DNA of 64,000 bases. Source: Eledone cirrhosa. Taxonomy: Eukaryota. Numbering within the stretch: position 1 is the first letter of the stretch; each line of letters begins with the position of its first letter. A program made the position numbers and the translations under genes. Under the pieces are notes generated by a model that saw only the letters and a list, made by a program, of their open reading frames with translations, did no database searches and was not told the origin of the DNA. Of the stretch, positions 56,369-64,000 are shown one piece after another. Location: positions 287,060,001 through 287,124,000 of the forward strand of contig OZ024742.1 in the NCBI GenBank assembly GCA_964016885.1, read 5' to 3'.

Positions 56369-56649
56369 AAAAGGATGAGGAAGTGATAGTCACAGCCTGA
56401 AGAAGAAAAAGAAAAGAAAAACAACTACTAAAGTTGAGTAAAAGTTATTTATTGGTTGGGAACAGATGTGTTGAAAACAAAGGAATTACACAATATAACA
56501 AAAAAAAATGATGTAGCTTTATGTAGGATTATTAACCAATAGAATAAATATTCAATAAGCAAGAAGAAGAAGGAAACAATCGATGCAATGCCCCAGTATG
56601 GCCACAGTCTAATAACTTTTTTATTTTTTTATTGTATTGATCAACAAGA

Positions 56650-56990
56650 TCCGAGACCTCATTTGCTTACCGAGTGTCTTACTATCTACTGGTCACAACT
56701 ACTGGCAGATGGTATGGTATGAACCTGTAACTCCAGAGGGAGTCTTAGGGGTGCCATGTTGATATACGTCATTTCTAGGGCATTTTCAAACCTGGTGGAG
56801 CCCATCTCCTCTCCAGGTCTGAGTAGAGCAGATTTCTTCCATAGAAGGACAGAGAGTAGAGAATGGAAATGGAGCAACATGAAATAAAGTGCCTTGATCA
56901 AGGTCATAACGCATTGCCCAGTTCAGGATCGAATTCCAAACCTCACAATTGTTAATCCAATTCTCTAAGCACTAAGCTACATACATGTCT
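56650..56990 (-). mobile_element. tRNA-headed SINE remnant
   Basis: ggagcaacatgaaataaagtgccttgatcaagg...ggatcgaattc...cactaagc. Confidence 0.65.
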
Positions 56991-57309
56991 TCACAAATAA
57001 GCAAGAGTCTATTAAATAATTAGATATAGGTTTACTGTTGATAATGAGATTAATTACAATGAAATTATTCTTATTTCTTTGATGTTGCAATAAATATTTA
57101 TAAATACCATCCGTAATAATGTCTATTGTGGAGCTATATCAACTCAAAATAGATTCTGATTAGAAACATGGTGGCTTGATTACAACAAGCATTTTAAGGC
57201 CATCTTCCTTCCTGAAGCAGAGATTAGCCTTGTGGATACCATGACAAACATCTCCACTTTTCAATAACATCAGCATAATGATGTCAAAAATTATGTTCGA
57301 GATTGCTCT

Positions 57310-57675
57310 AAATGGTAACAGAGATGATTTCAAATACTTCGGCACATACACCAACTCATCAAATGATATAAACAACAGGATAGTACAAGCATGGATTGCT
57401 GTGAACTGAAGATGTGGAAATCTAACATAACCACAAAAACAAAAGGTAAATTATCCAAAGAAACAGTAGAATCAATATTCCTGTGAATCATGTTCAGTGA
57501 CAATACCTATCACCAAAGTTTTAGATGGTTGCTATACATGAATAATAAGAAGGATGAAAAACATTAAGCCTCTCAAGAGTGTTACAAACAGAATTCTGTA
57601 TAGCAACCTACCACCCATTAGCCATATCTTCCATGTTAGATGTCTTCAACTTGCAGGTCATATTATGAGAGGTAA
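57310..57675 (+). mobile_element. Highly decayed RTE-clade fragment related to 63600-64000
   Basis: Remnant motifs DFKYFG, LDGCYT, LYSNLP, LQLAGH with stops and frameshifts. Confidence 0.6.
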
Positions 57676-58222
57676 TGAAAGACATGAAAGTGAGAGAGAA
57701 ATTAAGAAAGAGAGAGAGGAGATTAGAAAAAACTGTTAGGTAGAGAGGGTGGAGATGCATGAGAAGGGGTGATGTGGACAAGAACATGGAAGTATATTTA
57801 CACCTCCATGAGGATACATATACAATAGTGGTGGCAGTAACTCTAGATATGTGAGTGACATGTAAACGTACCCGTATACATTTTTGGGGTGTTCTTTAAC
57901 TTGCAGTTAGAATGAATAATTTTGAAGTTTGGTGAATGACCAAAAGAATACGATCGTGAATACAAGCAACTGAAATGGACTTTTTTCTGAATAGTCTTTG
58001 GAGTAACATTACTCCATAGAGTGCATAGTTTGGAAATCAGAGTAGCTCCTGGTAAAGCCATTACTTCTCTGAATTGAAAGATCACAGCTCTGATATCACG
58101 AACATACGGTTAGAATGTCACAGGAAAGAATTGCTGGATAGATTTTACAGGCAAAACCAACCTGCAGGCAACCCTGGATAACATCCATGAGCTTGACTGG
58201 TCTCATTTGGGGATCTATCAAT

Positions 58223-58321
58223 AAGAAGAAGAAGACGAAGAAGAAGAAGAAGAAGAAGAAGAAGAAGAAGAAGAAGAAGAAGAAGAAGAAGAAGAAGAAG
58301 AAGAAGAAGAAGAAGAAGAAG
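58223..58321. repeat. (GAA)n microsatellite
   Basis: Direct. Confidence 0.97.
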
Positions 58322-59009
58322 GAGGAGGTGGTTCATGAGAGAACCAAAGTTGATATGAAAGAATATCTTTACTTCTCTTGCTGCTGCACCGATGCAAAAG
58401 TCCACAAGAAATGAATCATAAAAACAACAACAACAAAACAGTAAATAGAACTGACCTGCATTTTAACGACGACTTCTAACAAGACACAGTCCAGTAAATG
58501 TCACAGAAAAATCCTCCAAGTTTCTGCATTGATCGCATATAATAACCAGTCGTTCGATGGACAATTAAGTCAAATATGAATATATTTGTCAATGATAAAC
58601 AATCAGGCGAGATCAGAGAAATCCACGTATTCATGAGTGTAATGTACTCAACAAAAGATTTGGAATTACAGTGAAGTGATTTGGTGGGGCTTTTTGTTAT
58701 CTTTTCTAAGTTCAAAAGTTATTGTTACAATACGTTGTTATTTATTTTAAACATTTTATGAGTCTGCAGTTTTGATAATTAAATCCTTGTTAACGTTCAT
58801 GTTCTAGTTTTATAATGAATGAGAGGCTCACCTATATTTTTTTAGGTGTTTATGAATGGCACTCAATTAGAGTATATCCTAGCTGGAGTTACTTAAAAGT
58901 ACTGGGCTAGATTATTTGTAGGGTGAGATAGGGTGTTATGATAATGTACATACTCTCTTTCTGGGTTTAGTATTGTATTCACCAAGATCAATAGTATCTG
59001 TAACTGTAA

Positions 59010-59480
59010 TATACTAATAGGTAGGCCCATACTAATAGATAAGCCCTTACTAATAGACAGGCCCATACTGATAGACAGGCCCATACTGATAGACAGGCCT
59101 ATACCAATAAATAGGCCCATACTAATAAATAAGCCCTTACTAATAGATAGGCCCATACTGATAGGCAGGCCTATACTAATAGATGGGCCCATACTAATAA
59201 ATAGGCCCATACTGATAGACAGGACCATACTAATAGATAGGCCCATATTGATAGACAGGTCCATACTAATAGACATGCCCATACTAATAGACAGGCCCAT
59301 ACTGATAGACAGGCCTATACCAATAAATAGGCCCATACTGATAAATAGATAAGTCCATACTAATAAATAGACCTATACTAATAGATAGGCCCATACTAAT
59401 AAATAGACCTATACTAATAGACAAACTCATACTAATAGACATGCTTATACTAATAGTCAGGCTCATACCAATAGACAGAC
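59010..59480. repeat. 18-bp minisatellite CATACTAATAGACAGGCC
   Basis: About 26 imperfect tandem units. Confidence 0.92.
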
Positions 59481-60191
59481 AAATGCAAAACTAACAGAAG
59501 ACCTAGGCCAGATGACACCCCCCCCCCCACCCCCCACCCCCGAAAGAAAAAAAACCTATTAATAGGCCCAGGCCAGATGTGAAATATTGATCATCAAAGT
59601 CGATAATGGGCTGAGGTCAGATTTGAAATGTAGACTCTCAAAGTTAGTAATGGGCTCTGGCCAGATGTGAGATAAGATATAGACCCAGGCCAGTTGTGAA
59701 TTGTAGGCACCCGAAGATGATAAGTTGAGGCTAGATGTGAAATAAAATGTAGGCCTTCAAAGCTGGTAATAGGCCCAGGTCATGTAACATGGCAACTATG
59801 TTTTGATTTAATATTTCATAAATTATGTCCCTTAAAAAAGACATCATGTGAGTTAATATTTAAAAAAAGGAAGATAACCAAGATGGTGAAATAAAGTAAC
59901 TTATTTAAAGATTTATCTGTTTCAATTGTGTCAAACAATAATATGTGTGTCAAAGACATGAAAACCTCTCCTGTGCACTCGGTGGAGTGTTGACTGTATA
60001 TAAAGCGAGACACAGATCCTTGGCCTCTCAGGGAGATCTGTAGCCACCATTTCAGTAGTGACTTTGTCAATGTGAACCCATCCAACCCTTGCTAGCAGGG
60101 AAAGTGGATGTTAAAATGATGACTATGATATGATGATGATGATGATGATGATGATCTATATATCTCTATATATACATATATATATATATAT

Positions 60192-60273
<82 letters not shown>

Positions 60274-60296
60274 TATTTATATATATATATCTTTCA

Positions 60297-60335
<39 letters not shown>

Positions 60336-60533
60336 AGATCCCTGGCCTGTCTGGGAGATTAGTGGCTCTGCTTCAGTACTAACTTGGTCTATGCAAACAC
60401 CCATCCAACCATCGCTAGTAGCAAAAGTAGATGTTAAAATGATGATTATGATGAATAACATATCAGGTCAGATGTGAAATTTAGGTCATGTTCGCTTAAA
60501 AATATATTTTTAAAATCATGTTCACTTAAAAAT

Positions 60534-61113
60534 ATCATCATCATCATCATCATCGTTTAACGTCTATCTTCCACACTAGCATGGGTTAGACGGGAATTGT
60601 CCCACTTGAGGTAAGATTGATAAGGTGCCCTTGTCTCACTCATATAGGACTGTATCTGGCAGGTTTTCTACAGCTGAATGCCCTTCCTAACACCAATCAC
60701 ATTTACAGTGTGGACTGGGAGCCTTTTTACCATGTTTCCTACACGACCACTTTACATCATGGACTGTATGTTTTTTTTGTTGTGACACCTACACAACCTC
60801 TTTAGTTTGGATTGGATGTTGTGGTACCAACATAACTTTACAGAGAAAGGGTGGTGTTGGTGGGAGTGGGAGGATGGAGTAGGGGTAGTGGGTTGGGGTG
60901 TATATTTGGTTAGGAGAGGCCTACTGACTGTAGGTTAACTTTGCACGTAGGGAAAGTGGGTTTTCTGTATTACTGCGTGGCGCCAAAGATCTTGATGTAG
61001 TGACATTGTCTTATAGAGGTGTAAGTGTGCAAGGTCGGATTTTATCATGTCGTCCCAGGTTTTCTGGGTCTACCTACTCCGGAACTTCCATCAATTTTGA
61101 TCGCCCTGCACTT
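60534..61113 (-). mobile_element. 5'-truncated RTE LINE, older subfamily (like 4488-5125)
   Basis: (CAT)n tail, cgtttaacgtctatcttccac, 3'UTR and decayed ORF end. Confidence 0.88.
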
Positions 61114-61779
61114 TATACTTTAAAATAATTTTTATACAATTAAAATATACACAGATATGTATATAATGTAAAATAAAATTGGAAGGCCCATGTATATATA
61201 TATATATATGTGTGTGTGTATGTATGTGTGTGTGTATGTATATATATATATGTGTGTGTATATATATACATGGGTGTCTGTGACCTATAAACACTGATCA
61301 CAGACACACATACACACACATAGAAACCTTTCCTATTTAGCAGGAAATATTTGCTACTCTCTCACAACCACTATCTCTTTCTTTCTATCTTTCTCTATCT
61401 CTATTTATGAAGGTACCCGGAAAAACCCTTGTATCTCGGGAAACTGTGCTCCGATTTATGCAAAACTTTTTCCCATTATGTGCCGTTGGGACTGTATTAA
61501 ATTACAGACAGGCACACAATCACAGAGTTTTAGTAGTATATAGATAGATAGATAGATAGAGAGATAGATTTTTAAAAAAACACCACACTAACACCACTTT
61601 CGATAACCACATATTTTAAACTCTTGTCAAATAATTAAACAAAAGCACACCGCCCCCAAAAAGAAAGATCTCTTCCACATCCCAGGGGTTCAAAAAGTGG
61701 GGGAGGGGATGGATATGTTTGTCGTTCTTTACAGAAGATGAACAAATTTGTTGTTTCGAAGTAAAAAATATTGTAATGG

Positions 61780-62990
61780 GATATACAGAGGGAGAGAGAA
61801 TTTGGTGGTCTAGTGAGAGACAGGGAATTGTGAGAGAGAGTGAAGTATGTAGTGGAATACAGAGAGGGGGAGAGAATTTGTTGGTCTAGTGAAAGAGGTG
61901 GAATTGTGAAAGAGAGTGAGGTATGTAGTGGAATATAAAGAGGGGGAAAGAATTTGGTGGTCTACTGAGAGAGGGGGAATTGTGAGAGAGTGTGCTGTAT
62001 GTAGTGAGATATAGAGAGCGAGAGAAAATTTGTTGGTTTAGTGAGAGAGGGGGAATTAAGAGAGTGAAAGAGAGTGAGTTATGTAGTGGAATATAGAGAG
62101 GGGGGAGAGAGTTTATTGGCCTAGTGAGAGAGGGGGTATTGTGATAATGAAAGAGAGTGAGGTATGTAGGGGAATAAAGAGAGGTGGAGAGAATTTAGTG
62201 GTCTAGTGAGAGAGGGGGTATTGTAGTGGAATATATAGAGTGGGAAAGTATTTGTTGGTTTAGAGGGAGAGGGGAAATTAAGAGAGCGAGAGAGAGTGAT
62301 GTATGTAGTGGTATATAGAGAGTGGGAGAGAATTTGCTGGTCTAGTGAGAGTGGGGGAAATAAGAGGGTGAAAGAGATTGAGATATGTAGTGGAATATCG
62401 AGAGCGGGAGAGAATTTGGTGGTCTATTGAGAGAGGGGGAATTATGAGAGAGCGTGTTGTATGTAGTGATGCATAGAGAGCGGGAGAGAATTTTTTGGTT
62501 TAGTGAGAGGGGGGGGAATTAAGAGAGTGAAAGCGAGTGAGTTATGTAGTGGAATATAGAGGGGGGGGGGGGTTAGTGGTTTAGTGAGAGAGGGGGATTT
62601 GTGAGAGAGTGAAGTTAATAGTGGTATAGAGTGAGGGGGAGAGAATTTGGTGGTATAGTGAGAGAAGGGCAACTGTGAGAGAGAGTGAGGTATATAGTGA
62701 GATATAGAGAGAAGGAGCGAATTTGTTGATTTAGAGAAAGAGAGGTAATTAAGTGAGTGGAAGAGAGTGAGTTATGTAGTGGAATGTGAAGAGGGGGAGA
62801 GAATTTGGCAGTCTAGTGACTGAGGGTAGAATTTTTTGTGGTTTAATGAGAGTGAGAGAAAGTGAGGTATGCAGTTGCATATAGAGAGGGAGAGAGGGTA
62901 TGGTGGTCTAGTGAGAGAGAGTGAGGCATGTAGTGGAATATAGAGTGGATGAGAAAGGTATAATTTTTTAGAGAGAGAGGGGTAATATTT
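61780..62990. repeat. GA-rich minisatellite (about 65-70 bp unit)
   Basis: Recurring gagagaatttggtggtctagtgagagagggggaatt...gtatgtagtggaatatagag. Confidence 0.85.
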
Positions 62991-63279
62991 TGAGAACGAG
63001 TGACAAAATAATTGTAGGAGGGAAGAAAAATGTCTGAATATTGGGTTTCACAGTAAAGTGGCTGTATATATATGAGTGTGTGCATTTATACGTATGTGTG
63101 TGTGTATATATATATATGTGTATATTTATATATGTGTGTATGTGTGTGTGTGTTTATATATATGTATGTGTGTTTATTTATATATGTGTGTGTTTATATG
63201 TTTGTGTGTGTGTTTATATGTGTGTATGTGTGTGTGAATATGTATGTGTGTGTGTATGTGTTTGTATATATATATGTGT

Positions 63280-63540
63280 GTGTGGTTAGGGTGTTCGGTT
63301 CCCAATCATAAGGTCATGAGTTTGATTCCCGGTGGCGCGTTTTGTCCTTGCGCAAGACACTTTATTTCATGTTGCTCCAATCCACTCAGCTGGCAAAAAT
63401 GGGTTTTACCTGTAACTCGAAGGACCAGCCTTGTCACACACTCTGTCACACTGAATCTCCCTGAGAACTATGTAAAGGGTAAGTGTGTCTGTGGAATGCT
63501 CAGCCACTTGCACATTAATTTCACGAGCAGGCTGTTATGT
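63280..63540 (+). mobile_element. tRNA-headed SINE (family B-like head)
   Basis: gtggttagggtgtt...gagtttgattcc...tccttgcgcaagacactttatttc. Confidence 0.75.
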
Positions 63541-63599
63541 GGTTGTCTGTGACCTATATATACTGGTCACATACTCACACACACACACACATACAGACA

Positions 63600-64000
63600 G
63601 CTTGAGATCGGTGTGGAAGTCGGACCTTCGTAAAGACCTGAAAATCCGCCTCTTCATTGCTGTAGTGGATTCTGTGCTGCTGTACGGGTCCGAGACTTGG
63701 ACACTGACCAAGAAACTCACTCAGATGCTGGATGGGTGCTACATGAGAATGCTGAGGATGGCTCTGAACATTAATCAGTATACACTGAGGATGAAAAACT
63801 CAGAGCTGTATGGGAGCCTCCCAAAAGTCAGCTCAAAAGTGACACAGAGGAGACTGAGGTTAGCTGGATATGCTCACCGACATCCAGAGTTGACATTGCA
63901 CTCAGTGCTCCTGTGGAAGACCCTACATGGATACACTGGAAGAGGAAGACCAAGGTTAACGTATGTTGATGCCCTAAGGACAGACACTGGTCTGTTGGAG
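63600..64000 (+). mobile_element. 5'-truncated LINE of a third RTE-clade family, running off the window
   Basis: Open frame from 63602: VWKSDLRKDLKIRLF...VLLYGSETWTLT...LDGCYMRMLR...RRLRLAGY...RGRPRLTYVD. Confidence 0.88.

Noticed and set aside
57843-58715. Possible minus-strand exon ending at cag|gtcagt near 58457, and the poly-K/poly-L ORFs
   Set aside because: All frames are closed shortly upstream of the donor-like site; the homopolymer ORFs come from (GAA)n
58893-59466. MGLSIS-repeat protein
   Set aside because: Translation of the 18-bp minisatellite
61400-61560. Helitron terminus
   Set aside because: A TC-like end is plausible, but no matching hairpin plus CTAG end was found

Overview
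Eukaryotic, AT-rich, repeat-dominated DNA with no recognisable host gene. The repeat complement (RTE LINEs with (GAT)n tails, tRNA-headed SINEs, Penelope fragments, very long TA arrays) suggests an octopod cephalopod, which is inference only. From about 6.4 to 46.8 kb the window is a polar (TA)n/TACA microsatellite field (200-N gap at 33301-33500) studded with retroelements. These include one apparently intact RTE LINE (25496-30275, minus; APE endonuclease, RT, an inserted PHD finger, tandem 203-bp 5' monomers), about 11 truncated relatives, two GIY-YIG Penelope copies and many Penelope pseudo-LTR fragments carrying minimal hammerhead ribozyme motifs and fold-back palindromes, an internally deleted RTE-derived short element, and a non-autonomous Helitron. 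The flanks hold older SINEs, MITEs and minisatellites. The most notable observations are: (1) a 3'UTR segment of the intact LINE that is complementary to the region covering its best-context AUG, a possible 5'-3' RNA panhandle; (2) the PHD finger inside the RT; (3) shared TA-array association of several unrelated retroelement families; (4) strand polarity of the TA arrays; and (5) two Penelope-RTE chimeric junctions. All Ile/Tyr-rich ORFs are microsatellite artefacts. Coordinates were read by eye and may be off by a few bases.
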